Part shown: piece after piece, positions 26,203-35,803 of the stretch | Numbering within the stretch: position 1 is the first letter of the stretch | Layout: every line of letters starts with the position of its first letter | Assembly (NCBI GenBank): GCA_965660085.1 | Contig: CBFHYV010000001.1 | Location: forward strand, 1 to 55,134 | Origin: an uncultured Rhodobacteraceae bacterium | Lineage (GTDB): Bacteria; Pseudomonadota; Alphaproteobacteria; Rhodobacterales; Rhodobacteraceae | Length of the DNA stretch: 55,134 bases | Reading direction: 5' to 3' | Notes under the pieces: model-generated | The model's database searches: none | What the model was told of the DNA's origin: nothing | Seen by the model: only the letters and a program-made list of their open reading frames with translations | Program-made: the position numbers and the translations under genes

Positions 26203-26837
26203 CGGCCGCCACGCAACCAGCGGCCCAACCGACCGGAATTGCGCATGAAGGACTCGCTCGCATCATCCAGCGAGTCGCCCACATTGTCGATCAGGGGATC
26301 GATCCGGGCCAACCGGAACCGACGCCAGCGCACCCACAAGGCCCAAACGCCCGCACCAAGGGACGCCAGGATGATGATGTTCATCCAAGGGATGATGCGC
26401 ACATCCGGGCTGTCCACCGCGCGCACGGACACGGCGTTGGGATAGATCGACAGGAACTCGCTGCGCCAGCCGTAATGGCGCAGGACAGCCCAGCGCGGGG
26501 CATCGCCGGTGGAGCGCAGATCGGCGGCCTCTGCCTGAAGGGTCGCGGTGTCAAACTTGAAATAGGGCGGCCAGCCCCAGCCGGTGTCCTCATTGCGATA
26601 GACCATCGCATCACCGCTGGCGCGGCGGGTCTGGATGAAGAAGACATCGCGGTTGGTGGCGGTGGTTTCGGCGCGGCCGGCGGCGTTGCTCCAGAACAGG
26701 GGCATCTGGGCGGGATCTATGCGCTTTTCATAGGTATCGGTGATGCGCACCACATCATGCTGCGGCAGGGTATAGTGCAGAAAGGCGGCGATGATCCCCC
26801 AAAACAGGATGAACAGCGTCCAGCGCAGGATTGCCAT
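26199..26837 (-). CDS. DUF1523-family membrane protein
   Basis: N- and C-terminal TM helices. The motifs LPQHDVVRITDTYEKR, VFFIQT and YRNEDTGWGWPPYFKFD are recalled as DUF1523. Confidence 0.65.
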   Translation of the reverse strand: MAILRWTLFILFWGIIAAFLHYTLPQHDVVRITDTYEKRIDPAQMPLFWSNAAGRAETTATNRDVFFIQTRRASGDAMVYRNEDTGWGWPPYFKFDTATLQAEAADLRSTGDAPRWAVLRHYGWRSEFLSIYPNAVSVRAVDSPDVRIIPWMNIIILASLGAGVWALWVRWRRFRLARIDPLIDNVGDSLDDASESFMRNSGRLGRWLRGGR

Positions 26838-26972
26838 GCTCTATCTCCCCTGATGCCGGGCGGATGATCCGCCCCAAGGATCAGGTGACCCGTTCAGGGC
26901 GGAAAATCAACCGCAACAACCAAATTTCACACGGCGCGGGCAGGAAACCCCGCCCAGCGCCTGATCGTTGGC

Positions 26973-28178
26973 TCAGCCCACGACGTTGAAGCCCGGGCCA
27001 TAGGGGTAGCCGGTGATGTTTTCATTTCCGTCCTGCTGGACCAGCAAGATGTCATGTTCTCGGTATCCGCCTGCGGCTGGCTGACCCTCCGGGATGGTCA
27101 GCATCGGCTCCATGGAGATCACCATGCCGGGCTCCAGAACGGTATCGATGTCCTCACGCAACTCCAGCCCCGCTTCGCGGCCATAGTAATGCGACAGCAC
27201 GCCGAAGCTGTGCCCATAGCCAAAGCTGCGGTATTGCAGCAGGTCCCGATCTGCAAAGAACTGGTTGATGGCCTCGGTCACCTCGGAACAGCGGATGCCG
27301 GGCTTCAGCAGGCTGATGCCCAGTTCATGCGCCTCGACATTGGCCTGCCAGATCTTCAGCGAGGCGTCATCGACCTCTTGCACGAACATGGTGCGCTCCA
27401 GCGCGGTGTAATAGCCCGAGATCATGGGAAAGGTGTTCAGCGACAGGATATCGCCGCGCTGCAATTCCCGCGCGGTGACGGGGTTGTGGGCGCCATCGGT
27501 GTTCAGACCGGATTGGAACCACACCCAGGTGTCCCGATATTCCGCATCGGGGAAACGGAGGGCGATCTCGGCCTCCATCGCATCGCGCCCGGCCATGGCC
27601 ACGTCGATTTCCCGCACCCCGGGGCGCACGGCATCGCGGATGGCATAGCCGCCCACATCCGCCACGGCGGCCCCCGCACGGATCAGGGCAATCTCGGCCT
27701 CGGATTTGCGCATCCGCTGCTGCATGGTTGCGGCCGCGATGTCACAGGTCTGCGCGGGCGACAGGAAGCTGCGCAGCTTTTCCGCCGCATCCAGCGTCAT
27801 GTGATCCTGCTCTACCCCGACCATGCCGCCGGTGCCGGACACATGCGCCACGGCACGCCAGAAGTTGTCCCGTGCCCAATCGGTATAGGTGATGTTGTCC
27901 CCATGGCAGCGGCGCCAGGGCTGACCGGCATCGATGCCAGCAGAGATGGTCACGCTGTCCGTCGCCGTGACGACAAGCCCGTAGGGCCGGCCAAAGGCAC
28001 AATAGAGAAAGCCCGAATAATAGGCGATGTTGTGCATCGAGGTCATCACGCAGGCATCGATGCCGCGCTCCGCCATGATGCGGCGAAGGCCGGTCAGACG
28101 AGCCTCATATTCTTCCGCCGCAAAGGGCAGCGGAGCTTTTTCGCCGTTGTGAAAGCGGAAAAAGGCAGGACGTGTCAT
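26973..28178 (-). CDS. Creatinase (creatine amidinohydrolase, M24 family)
   Basis: Collinear along its length with Pseudomonas putida creatinase as recalled: FLYC.FGRPY.LVVT, GGQPWRR, NI.YTDW.RDN(F/Y), WFQSG(I/L)NTDGAHNPVT, YGHSFG.LSHYYGREAGLELREDIDTVLEPGMV.SMEP, GGYREHDIL. Confidence 0.88.
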   Translation of the reverse strand: MTRPAFFRFHNGEKAPLPFAAEEYEARLTGLRRIMAERGIDACVMTSMHNIAYYSGFLYCAFGRPYGLVVTATDSVTISAGIDAGQPWRRCHGDNITYTDWARDNFWRAVAHVSGTGGMVGVEQDHMTLDAAEKLRSFLSPAQTCDIAAATMQQRMRKSEAEIALIRAGAAVADVGGYAIRDAVRPGVREIDVAMAGRDAMEAEIALRFPDAEYRDTWVWFQSGLNTDGAHNPVTARELQRGDILSLNTFPMISGYYTALERTMFVQEVDDASLKIWQANVEAHELGISLLKPGIRCSEVTEAINQFFADRDLLQYRSFGYGHSFGVLSHYYGREAGLELREDIDTVLEPGMVISMEPMLTIPEGQPAAGGYREHDILLVQQDGNENITGYPYGPGFNVVG

Positions 28179-28358
28179 GGAAACCCTCCATCAAGAGGAT
28201 CGCGGCGGATGATCTTCGTGCCCAGCGCGATCCGGAACAGAAAGATCCCGGCGTGCAGGACAGGAAACTGACATGCGCCGGCACAGCCGGACACATTGGC
28301 GACGCCATCGCCGTGTCGCGCGCAAGATGCGGCCAAGCGCGCGGCGAGACAAGAGATT

Positions 28359-29168
28359 TCAGCGCGGGGTGGCGCCCGTTTTGCCCAGCAGGCAGCGCAT
28401 CAGCGCGCTGTCGGGCTGCGCAAGCCCGTCGATCACGTTGAAATGGTGGCGCTGCGGCTCAATGATATGCGCGCAGCCCCAAGCCTGCGCCAGCCAGCGG
28501 GCCTGGTCCAGGAATGCGGGACGTTCCTGCGCGCCAACCCATACCGTGACGGAACAGGCCGGGGCAGGCTTCAGCACGGGGCTTTCCGCCGCCGCCTCTG
28601 CCTGATCCAGGCGCAGGTCCAGGTTCATGGAGGCGCCCAGCAAGGGACGCAGATCCGCGACGGGAGATATCGGCATCACATGGCGCACACGCGCCAGAAT
28701 GGCCGCCGGCAGCAGCGCATCACACACCACCCGCGCCACAAGATGCCCACCCGCGGAATGGCCCGCAAGGATCACGTCCCCTGCCACTTGATCCGCTGCC
28801 ATGGCGATGGCCGCCGCGATCTGGCGGGAGATGTCAGAGATCCGCACATCCGGGCAGAGGTCATAGGACGGTATGGCCACGGCCCAGCCTGCGGCCAGGG
28901 CACCCTCTGCCAGAAAGGACCAGTCCTCTCGGCCAAACTGTTTCCAATAGCCGCCGTGAACGAACACGACGAGCCCGCGCGCAGGCTGGGCAGGATGGAA
29001 CAGATCCAGCGCCGTACGCGGACCGGCGCCATAGGACAGGCCAAGATCCGCCCTGCCCTGCCCAAGCAGCCTGTGCCGCAGCTCCTGTGAGCTGGACGCC
29101 CAACGCGGCGGAAAGGCGGCGGCACCCGGGATGAAGGCCGCATTGGCGTAGGCGTCATCTATGCTCAT
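28359..29168 (-). CDS. Alpha/beta hydrolase (fold-3, arylformamidase/esterase-like)
   Basis: Oxyanion motif HGGYW, nucleophile elbow GHSAGGH, and a C-terminal HF.. His. Confidence 0.7.
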   Translation of the reverse strand: MSIDDAYANAAFIPGAAAFPPRWASSSQELRHRLLGQGRADLGLSYGAGPRTALDLFHPAQPARGLVVFVHGGYWKQFGREDWSFLAEGALAAGWAVAIPSYDLCPDVRISDISRQIAAAIAMAADQVAGDVILAGHSAGGHLVARVVCDALLPAAILARVRHVMPISPVADLRPLLGASMNLDLRLDQAEAAAESPVLKPAPACSVTVWVGAQERPAFLDQARWLAQAWGCAHIIEPQRHHFNVIDGLAQPDSALMRCLLGKTGATPR

Positions 29169-29234
29169 CAGGATGCCTCAAGACCGCGCCGCGGCACAAG
29201 GACCGGCCCGGGCGGCCAGCCCGACATGCTGCGA

Positions 29235-29807
29235 TCAGCCCTGCGCGGCAGCCGGGGTTGAGGAAACACCGACCTGCGCCGGGCGCAGAAGGCGATCATG
29301 CAGCATGAAGCCTTCGGTAGAGACATCAATGATATCCCCCGCGCGCGTGTTGGGCACGGGCGCCTCGAACATGGCCTGGTGCAGCTTGGGGTCGAACTTG
29401 TCGCCCACCTCCGGCGTGATGGGCTGGATCCCGTGCTTGCGGAACACGTTCAGCAGCTCTCGCATCGTCAGCTGGATGCCTTCGATCACCGGGGATTGTG
29501 CCGCAACCTCATCTTCGCCAGCGGCGGCAATGGCCCGCTTCATGTTGTCATAGACAGGCAGCAAATCCCGCGCCAGGCGGGAGCCGCCGTAGTTCTCGGC
29601 CTCTTTGCGGTCCTTGTCGGCACGCTTGCGGGCGTTTTCCGCATCCGCCAGGGCGCGCATGAACCTGTCCTTGAAATCGTCACGCTCGGCGCGCAGAGCG
29701 TCCAGCTCCGCCTCTGCCGGGTCGATCTCTTCGGACTCCGATGCGCGGGCCTCGGCCTCGGCGGTTTCAGGATCGTCCAGAAACGGATCTTCGTTCGGAT
29801 TTGCCAT
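29235..29807 (-). CDS. grpE: Nucleotide exchange factor GrpE
   Basis: Acidic N-terminus, a coiled coil (LRAERDDFKDRFMRALADAENARKR) and a C-terminal beta domain. Lies downstream of hrcA. Confidence 0.92.
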   Translation of the reverse strand: MANPNEDPFLDDPETAEAEARASESEEIDPAEAELDALRAERDDFKDRFMRALADAENARKRADKDRKEAENYGGSRLARDLLPVYDNMKRAIAAAGEDEVAAQSPVIEGIQLTMRELLNVFRKHGIQPITPEVGDKFDPKLHQAMFEAPVPNTRAGDIIDVSTEGFMLHDRLLRPAQVGVSSTPAAAQG

Positions 29808-29811
29808 TCTC

Positions 29812-30909
29812 TTACCTCTCGTTCCGGTCCGAAATCAGCTTGCCCACCAGTTGCGCCGTGTAATCCACGATCGGCACGATACGTCCGTAGTTCAGCCGCG
29901 TTGGACCGATGACGCCCACGGCGCCGATGATCTTACGATCCGCGTTCATATATGGAGAGACCACCAAAGAGGAACCCGAAAGCGAAAAAAGTTTGTTCTC
30001 TGACCCGATGAAAATGCGCACACCCTCCCCGCCTTCGGCCAGTTCCAGAAACTCCGCGATATCGCGCTTGCGCTCCAGATCGTCGAACAGTTCGCGAATC
30101 AGATCGAGGTCATGCGCCTCTTCGCCATCGCCCAGCAGATTGGAGCGGCCGCGGACGATCAGCCGGGTGGCCGAATCACTGGTGCCCTGCCCTTCCCAGA
30201 TGGCCAGACCGCTTTCCACCAACTGCTGAGAGAGCGTGTCGATCTCCTTGCGGCGGCGGTCGATGTCCCGGTCAATGACATCGCGCAGCTCTGACAGGGT
30301 GCGGCCCTCGATCAGCGCGTTGAGGTAATTCGCCGCCTCACGCATGGCAGAGGCCGTATGCCCCGCGGGCGGGGTGAAGATGCGGTTTTCCACATGCCCA
30401 TCGGCAAACACCAGCACCACCAGCGACCGTTCGCGCGACAGGCTGACAAAATCGATATGCCGGATCGGCGCCTCCCGCTTTGGCGTCAATACCAGCGAAG
30501 CGCTGTTGGTCACACCGGACAGGGCCGAGCCGAGCCTGTCCAGCAACCCTTCGATTTCAGAGGCGTTGCTGCCCGTGGTGGCATCCAGCGCGCGGCGATC
30601 CTGTTCATCCAGATCGCCCATTTCCAGCAACCCGTCCACGAACATCCGCAGCCCCAGCTGCGTGGGCACCCGGCCCGCGCTGACATGCGGACTGTCCAGC
30701 AAACCCAGGTATTCCAGATCCTGCATCACATTGCGGATCGTCGCCGCGGACACCTTTTCCGACAAGGTGCGCGTGAGGCTGCGAGAGCCAACCGGCTCAC
30801 CGCTCATCAAATACCCTTCGACCACGCGGCGAAACACCTCGCGCGAGCGGTCATTCATTTCATCCAAAAGCTTTGCGCTGTCATTCATGGTTTGATCCGC
30901 CATTTGCAT
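29812..30909 (-). CDS. hrcA: Heat-inducible transcription repressor HrcA
   Basis: Contains [27 protein letters not shown] and a C-terminal GxIGVIGPTRxxY motif ([13 protein letters not shown]). Start ambiguous (ATG at 30909, 30903, 30888 or 30858). Confidence 0.9.
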   Translation of the reverse strand: MQMADQTMNDSAKLLDEMNDRSREVFRRVVEGYLMSGEPVGSRSLTRTLSEKVSAATIRNVMQDLEYLGLLDSPHVSAGRVPTQLGLRMFVDGLLEMGDLDEQDRRALDATTGSNASEIEGLLDRLGSALSGVTNSASLVLTPKREAPIRHIDFVSLSRERSLVVLVFADGHVENRIFTPPAGHTASAMREAANYLNALIEGRTLSELRDVIDRDIDRRRKEIDTLSQQLVESGLAIWEGQGTSDSATRLIVRGRSNLLGDGEEAHDLDLIRELFDDLERKRDIAEFLELAEGGEGVRIFIGSENKLFSLSGSSLVVSPYMNADRKIIGAVGVIGPTRLNYGRIVPIVDYTAQLVGKLISDRNER

Positions 30910-31002
30910 GGCAGTGTTTTCCCATACTCGGTCAAGGTCAATCAGGGTTGCGCCCCCCGCCGCACCGGCGGTAGTCCGCAAGGGACAGATAAAGGGGTTC
31001 CC

Positions 31003-31716
31003 ATGCGACCGTCAGGACGAAAGCTAAACGAAATGCGGCCGGTTTCAATTGAAACTGGCGTGACCAAACATGCCGAAGGCAGCTGCATGATCCGCATGGG
31101 TGACACCCATGTGCTGTGCACCGCCACATTGGAAGAGCGTGTTCCGCCCTTCATCAAGGGATCGGGCCAAGGCTGGGTGACGGCAGAATACGGAATGCTG
31201 CCCCGTTCCACCACAAGCCGGATGCGGCGCGAGGCCGCCAGCGGCAAACAGGGCGGCCGGACCGTGGAAATCCAGCGCCTGATCGGGCGGTCCCTGCGCG
31301 CCGGCGTGGACCGCAACGCCCTGGGCGAACGCCAGATCACCGTGGACTGTGATGTGATCCAGGCGGACGGCGGCACACGCTGTGCCTCCATCACGGGCGG
31401 CTGGGTGGCACTGCGGCTGGCGGTGAACAAGCTGATGAAGGCTGGCATGATCTCCATGGACCCGCTGATGTCCCCGGTGGCCGCCGTCAGCTGCGGGATC
31501 TATGCGGGCCAGCCTGTTCTGGACCTCGACTATCCTGAGGATTCGGAGGCCGGTGTGGATGGCAATTTCATCCTGCGTGGTGACGGTCAGCTGATCGAGG
31601 TGCAGATGTCCGCCGAAGGCGCAACCTTCAGCCGGGCCCAGATGGGCGCGCTGATGGATCTGGCCGAGGCCGGTGTGGCCGAACTGGTTTCCGAACAGCT
31701 GAAGGCCGTTGCATGA
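31003..31716 (+). CDS. rph: Ribonuclease PH
   Basis: [41 protein letters not shown]... is canonical Rph. Only the last 237 codons of the 452-aa track ORF are real. Confidence 0.93.
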   Translation: MRPSGRKLNEMRPVSIETGVTKHAEGSCMIRMGDTHVLCTATLEERVPPFIKGSGQGWVTAEYGMLPRSTTSRMRREAASGKQGGRTVEIQRLIGRSLRAGVDRNALGERQITVDCDVIQADGGTRCASITGGWVALRLAVNKLMKAGMISMDPLMSPVAAVSCGIYAGQPVLDLDYPEDSEAGVDGNFILRGDGQLIEVQMSAEGATFSRAQMGALMDLAEAGVAELVSEQLKAVA

Positions 31717-32324
31717 CCCGCAGATTCGAAGGCACCCGCCTGTTGGTGGCCACGCACAACCGCGGCAAGCTGGAGGAGATCGCGGATCTCCTGGCGCCCT
31801 ATGGCGTCTCTTGCGTGGGCGCGGCCGAGATGAACCTGCCAGAACCGGAAGAAACCGGCACAACCTTTGTGGAAAACGCGCGCATCAAGGCCCACGCCGC
31901 GGCACAGGCCACCGGCCTGCCCGCGCTGTCAGACGATTCCGGCATCGCCATTGACGCTCTGGACGGCGCGCCAGGTGTCTATACCGCCGACTGGGCCGAA
32001 ACCGCGCAGGGCCGGGATTTCGTCATGGCGATGACGCGCACCCATGACGCGCTGGTTGCCACAGGTGCTGCGGAACCATGGACCGCGCGGTTCTGCTGCA
32101 CCCTGGTTCTGGCCTGGCCCGATGGGCATGACGAGGTCTTCCCCGGCACGATGGAAGGGCGCGTGATCTGGCCCATGCGCGGGGACCAGGGCCACGGCTA
32201 TGACCCGATCTTCATTCCTGACGGACATGACATCACCTTTGGCGAAATGGACCGCTGGGAAAAGAACCGCATCAGCCACCGGGCGGATGCGTTCCGCAAG
32301 TTCGTGGCAGGCTGTTTTGGCTGA
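31713..32324 (+). CDS. rdgB: Non-canonical purine NTP pyrophosphatase RdgB (HAM1 family)
   Basis: Contains [14 protein letters not shown], the FVENA.IKA motif and GYDPIF. Has an ATGA overlap with rph. Confidence 0.9.
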   Translation: MTRRFEGTRLLVATHNRGKLEEIADLLAPYGVSCVGAAEMNLPEPEETGTTFVENARIKAHAAAQATGLPALSDDSGIAIDALDGAPGVYTADWAETAQGRDFVMAMTRTHDALVATGAAEPWTARFCCTLVLAWPDGHDEVFPGTMEGRVIWPMRGDQGHGYDPIFIPDGHDITFGEMDRWEKNRISHRADAFRKFVAGCFG

Positions 32325-33480
32325 AGATTGGCGCAACGGGGGCTTTGGCCTGTATCTGCACTGGCCTTTTTGCGAGGCCAAATGCCCCTATTGCGATTTC
32401 AACAGCCATGTCGCCCGCACCATTGACCAAAGGCGGTGGGCCGACGCCTTCGTGCGCGAGATTGACCGGGTGGGCCAGTTGGTGCCTGACCGCGTCGTCA
32501 ACACCATCTTCTTCGGCGGGGGGACGCCCAGCCTGATGGCGCCCGAAACGGTCGATGCAATCCTGACGCGGATCCGGGCGACCTGGCCGCTGGCCAATGA
32601 CATTGAAATCACGCTGGAGGCCAACCCATCCTCGGTCGAGGCGGGCCGCTTTCGTGCCTTTGCCGAGGCCGGAGTCAACCGCGTCTCCATGGGGTTTCAG
32701 GCGTTGAACGATGACGATCTGCGCCGCCTGGGCCGGATTCACACCGTGGCCGAGGGGTTGGCTGCGTTTGACACCGCACGCAGCGTGTTTGACCGGGTGA
32801 GTTTTGACCTGATCTACGCCCGTCAGGGCCAAACCCTGGCGGCGTGGCAGGAAGAACTGGCACAGGCGCTGGCGCTGGGGGGCGATCACCTGTCGCTCTA
32901 TCAACTGACGATCGAACCGGGCACGGCCTTTGGCGACAGATACGCGGCCGGAAAACTGCGCAACCTGCCGGATGATGACCTGGCCGCAGACATGTATCAC
33001 GCCACGCAGGAGATCTGCGCCGCCGCGGGCCTGCCTGCCTATGAGATTTCAAATCACGCAAGGCCCGGCGCCAAATCGCGGCACAACCTGATCTACTGGC
33101 GATACGGCGATTACGCCGGGATCGGACCGGGCGCGCATGGGCGGCTGACCATGGATGGCACACGCTGGGCCACGCAGACCCCCTTGGCCCCCGGCGCATG
33201 GCTGGCACAGGCCGAGGCCGGGAATGGCGGCCTGCCGCCTCAGCCGCTCTCCCCTCTGGATCAAGGGGGAGAATACATCATGATGGGGATGCGGATCTCT
33301 GAAGGCATAGATATGGACAGATATCATGGGCTGACGGGCGTGGAACTGCCTGGTTCAGCCCTGTCTGACCTTCAGGAACATGGGCTGATCGAAATTTCTG
33401 GCCGCAATTTGCGCAGCACGGAGAAGGGCCGCGCGCTGCTGAACCAGATCATCCTGGCCTTGCTGCCCGACGCGGACTGA
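32287..33480 (+). CDS. hemW: Radical-SAM heme chaperone HemW (oxygen-independent coproporphyrinogen oxidase-like)
   Basis: YLHWPFCEAKCPYCDF (CxxxCxxC) within the conserved rph-rdgB-hemW order. Start is ATG 32287 or TTG 32317. Confidence 0.85.
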   Translation: MRSASSWQAVLAEDWRNGGFGLYLHWPFCEAKCPYCDFNSHVARTIDQRRWADAFVREIDRVGQLVPDRVVNTIFFGGGTPSLMAPETVDAILTRIRATWPLANDIEITLEANPSSVEAGRFRAFAEAGVNRVSMGFQALNDDDLRRLGRIHTVAEGLAAFDTARSVFDRVSFDLIYARQGQTLAAWQEELAQALALGGDHLSLYQLTIEPGTAFGDRYAAGKLRNLPDDDLAADMYHATQEICAAAGLPAYEISNHARPGAKSRHNLIYWRYGDYAGIGPGAHGRLTMDGTRWATQTPLAPGAWLAQAEAGNGGLPPQPLSPLDQGGEYIMMGMRISEGIDMDRYHGLTGVELPGSALSDLQEHGLIEISGRNLRSTEKGRALLNQIILALLPDAD

Positions 33481-33482
33481 GC

Positions 33483-34382
33483 CTAGCCCTCACCCGACAG
33501 TCGGGAACAGATATCGTCCAACTGCGCCAGATCGCGGTAGCGCAAGGTGATCTCACCGCTTTCCGCGCCCGGGGCATGCTTGATGGCAACGGACAGGCCC
33601 AGAGCGGCGGATAGGTCAGCCTCCAACGCGCGGGTATCTGCGTCTTTCTCCGATGTCTTGCGCGGTGCGGGCCTGGGCCGGTCTGGGGCGGGCTCCGCAG
33701 CGCGGCGGGCGAGCGCTTCTGTCTCTCGAACACTCAAACCGCGCTCGACAACCTGTTGCGCCAACCGCACAGGATCTTGTGCCGTCACAAGCGCCCGGGC
33801 ATGTCCCGCGGTCAGGTCGCCCTGCCCTACCATTTTCTGCACGTCCTCAGGCAGGTTCAGAAGACGCAACAGGTTGGCAATGTGGCTGCGGCTTTTGCCG
33901 AGGGCTTCCGCCATTTTTTCCTGCGTATGGCCAAAGCGGTCCATCAGTTGGCGATAACCCAATGCCTCTTCTATCGCCGTCAGGTCTGCGCGCTGGATGT
34001 TTTCAATGATGGCGACTTCCAGAACCTCAGTATCGGAATAGTCCCGAACGAGGACGGGCAGTTCATGCACCTGCGCCATCTGCGCTGCGCGCCACCGGCG
34101 TTCCCCGGCAACAATCTCATACAGCCCATCGCTGTCCGGCTTTGGGCGAACGATCAATGGCTGAATGACGCCCTTGGTGCGGATGGACTCCGCAAGCTCT
34201 GACAGCTGATCCGGGGTGAACTGGCGGCGCGGCTGATCCGGGTTGGGCTGAATCTTGTCCACCGGGACGACCATATCGGCACGCCGGGCGGGTGAGTTGC
34301 TCTGAGGTGCCAGATCCACATCGGCCATCAGCGCCGACAAACCGCGCCCCAGACCCCTGCGCTGCTCTTTCTTTTCTGCCAT
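33483..34382 (-). CDS. parB: Chromosome partitioning protein ParB
   Basis: Contains GLGRGLSALM, the ParB box GERRWRAA and an HTH region. Lies downstream of parA. Confidence 0.93.
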   Translation of the reverse strand: MAEKKEQRRGLGRGLSALMADVDLAPQSNSPARRADMVVPVDKIQPNPDQPRRQFTPDQLSELAESIRTKGVIQPLIVRPKPDSDGLYEIVAGERRWRAAQMAQVHELPVLVRDYSDTEVLEVAIIENIQRADLTAIEEALGYRQLMDRFGHTQEKMAEALGKSRSHIANLLRLLNLPEDVQKMVGQGDLTAGHARALVTAQDPVRLAQQVVERGLSVRETEALARRAAEPAPDRPRPAPRKTSEKDADTRALEADLSAALGLSVAIKHAPGAESGEITLRYRDLAQLDDICSRLSGEG

Positions 34383-34394
34383 GTTCTACCTCTT

Positions 34395-35204
34395 TCAAGC
34401 CGCTTTGCGCGTGTTCTTCTTCAGGATTTCCAACGCCAGATCCCGATAGGCCTGCGAGCCCTTGGAGCGGGGATCGTAAGACAATACGGGCTGAGCGAAA
34501 GACGGAGCTTCGCTGACGCGGACATTTCGGGGGATGACCGTTTCAAACACCAGGTCTTTCAGCGTGGCCCGGGCATCTGTTTCAACCTGAAGGGACAAGT
34601 TGTTGCGGGCATCATACATGGTCAACACAACACCTTCGATTCTCAGGTCAGGATTTGCAGCTTCGCGCACCTCCCTGATCGAGAGCATCAGCTGAGACAG
34701 ACCTTCAAGGGCAAAGAACTCGCTTTGCAAGGGCACAAGCACGGAATGTGCCGCGACCAGCGCATTCACGGTCAACAGGTTCAGCGAAGGCGGGCAATCG
34801 ATCAGGATGAAATCATACCCGAATCTGTCCATCTCCACCTGGCGCAGGGCATCATGCATCATGAAGCTGCGCTTTTCATGGCTCATAAGCTCCAGGTCAG
34901 CGGAACTGAGATCAACGGTCGCGGGGATCAGATCAAGGTTTTCAATGTCGGTCTGTCGGATGACCTCATGGAGATCGGCATTTTCAACAAGCAGATCATA
35001 GGACGTCATCTCTCGTGCCTGGGGTTCGACCCCCAACCCGGTGGAGGCATTGCCCTGAGGATCAATATCCGTCACCAGAACTCGAAACCCCTGCTCCACA
35101 AAGGCCGCGGCAAGATTGATTGCTGTGGTCGTCTTGCCCACACCGCCTTTTTGGTTGGCAATCGCAATGATTTTCGGGGAATTGAGGAGTGCGCTATCAG
35201 ACAC
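34395..35204 (-). CDS. parA: Chromosome partitioning ATPase ParA (Soj)
   Basis: Deviant Walker A KIIAIANQKGGVGKTTT. Start trimmed to GTG 35204, which has GGAAGGA upstream and an 8-nt overlap with the rsmG stop. Confidence 0.92.
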   Translation of the reverse strand: MSDSALLNSPKIIAIANQKGGVGKTTTAINLAAAFVEQGFRVLVTDIDPQGNASTGLGVEPQAREMTSYDLLVENADLHEVIRQTDIENLDLIPATVDLSSADLELMSHEKRSFMMHDALRQVEMDRFGYDFILIDCPPSLNLLTVNALVAAHSVLVPLQSEFFALEGLSQLMLSIREVREAANPDLRIEGVVLTMYDARNNLSLQVETDARATLKDLVFETVIPRNVRVSEAPSFAQPVLSYDPRSKGSQAYRDLALEILKKNTRKAA

Positions 35205-35799
35205 GGCTGATCCTTCCAATCTCAAGGATACGGGCCTCGGCCTGTGTTTCGCTGGGGTGCGCGACAAGGTCGAAGCTCCATGACTTATAGGCAGATTCGA
35301 CCTCTTCCTGCCAGCGGGCACCCTTGGGAAACAGGCAGGTTGTCTCCTCTGCGCCATGCTTTTCGGCAAAAGCGAGGAGACGGTCTAGCGGCGCTAGGGC
35401 GCGGGCGGTCAGGGTTGATGCTTTCATGGGCGTCACAGCCTCTATCCGGGCAGTGACGACGGTAGCCTTTACGGACATCTGACGCAGCGCTGTGCGCAGG
35501 AACACGCATTTTCGCGCATCGGATTCGACGAAAGTGATGGCCGTGTCTGGCTGATGCTCTGCCAGCACAGCGGCGCAGACAAGTCCAGGGAAGCCTCCAC
35601 CGCTGCCGAGGTCAACATAATGCGCGCCCCAGTCTTGTTTCACGTGAAACAATTGTGCGCTGTCCATGATGTGCCGTTCCCAAATGCCGGGGATTGAAGC
35701 AGGGGCCACCAGGTTGATCTTGGGATTCCACTGCTCCACCAGCCATTGAAGCAACCGGAAACGGTCTTGTGCAGTCGGCGAAAAGGTGAACCTTGTCAT
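35197..35799 (-). CDS. rsmG: 16S rRNA (guanine527-N7)-methyltransferase RsmG (GidB)
   Basis: SAM motif DLGSGGGFPGL within the mnmG-rsmG-parA-parB order. Confidence 0.9.
   Translation of the reverse strand: MTRFTFSPTAQDRFRLLQWLVEQWNPKINLVAPASIPGIWERHIMDSAQLFHVKQDWGAHYVDLGSGGGFPGLVCAAVLAEHQPDTAITFVESDARKCVFLRTALRQMSVKATVVTARIEAVTPMKASTLTARALAPLDRLLAFAEKHGAEETTCLFPKGARWQEEVESAYKSWSFDLVAHPSETQAEARILEIGRISRV
35636..35651. other. parS centromere-like site (ParB binding)
   Basis: TGTTTCACGTGAAACA is a perfect 16-bp palindrome matching the parS consensus tGTTNCACGTGAAACa. It is embedded in the rsmG coding sequence (codons LFHVKQ). Confidence 0.85.
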
Positions 35800-35803
35800 T
35801 CCC

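Noticed and set aside
30358-31002. Long N-terminal extension of the rph ORF (452-aa track entry). The same applies to 44581-45189, the extension of the Tim44-like ORF.
   Set aside because: The extensions are antisense to hrcA and fxsA respectively and are Arg/His/Gln-rich nonsense. Canonical Rph and Tim44-like N-termini begin at the internal ATGs 31003 and 45190.
30910-31002. Looked for a CIRCE element (TTAGCACTC-N9-GAGTGCTAA) upstream of hrcA
   Set aside because: No match to either half-site was found in the hrcA/rph divergent region. HrcA presumably acts at groES/groEL elsewhere.
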